Assembly (NCBI RefSeq): GCF_963921235.1
Contig: NC_086097.1
Location: 214,336,001-214,400,000 of the forward strand
Direction of reading: 5' to 3'
DNA length: 64,000 bases
Source: Mobula hypostoma
Lineage: Eukaryota
In this document: in pieces, positions 63,860 through 64,000 of the stretch
Position numbering within the stretch: the stretch's first letter is position 1
How the letters are laid out: every line of letters starts with the position of its first letter
Program-made: the position numbers and the translations under genes
The notes under the pieces: generated by a model
What the model saw: the letters and a program-made list of their open reading frames with translations, nothing else
What the model was told of the DNA's origin: nothing
Databases searched by the model: none

Positions 63860-64000
63860 AACACACACAAAATACTGGTGGAATGCAGCAGGCCAGGCAG
63901 CATCTATAGGAAGAAGTACAGCCGACGTTTCGTCCTGACGAAGGGTCTCGGCCCAAAATGTCAACTGTACTTCTTCCTATAGATGCTGCCTGGCCTGCTG
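63860..64000. repeat. Palindromic Penelope-derived element with hammerhead-like core in the loop (truncated by the window end)
   Basis: CAGCAGGCCAGGCAGCATCTATAGGAAGAAGTACAG (from 63886) is the exact reverse complement of the last 36 nt of the window. CTGACGA at 63935-63941. Confidence 0.85.

Larger units (their letters stand above)
28937..64000 (+). other. Intron 1 of the NKAIN gene (continues past the window end)
   Basis: No exon 2 (expected ..LERQ(I/V)FDFLG.QWAPIL) found downstream. Confidence 0.7.

Overview
Eukaryotic, AT-rich, retrotransposon-dense vertebrate DNA. The repeat families (CR1, Rex1/Babar-like, RTE, Penelope-derived repeats, V-SINE-like) suggest a cartilaginous fish; this is inference. 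The only host gene I can support is the promoter and 54-bp first coding exon of an NKAIN-family gene (MGCCTGRCTLIFLCTLQL, most like NKAIN3) at 28883-28936 (+), which the ORF track misses. I found no exon 2, so the rest of the window appears to be intron 1 (>35 kb). The largest elements are: a near full-length decayed HERO/R2-group REL-endonuclease LINE with a ~50-bp terminal direct repeat; a CR1 > RTE > CR1 nest with intact target-site duplications (TSDs); and a Penelope (RT + GIY-YIG) element with an 11-bp TSD, a decayed hammerhead motif and a palindromic end. Several short Penelope-derived repeats carry decayed minimal hammerhead cores, often as inverted-repeat hairpins. I see no intact transposon ORF and no clearly new biological system. 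The best leads are the HERO terminal repeat and the hammerhead/hairpin mini-elements. Most repeat boundaries are approximate (read by eye).
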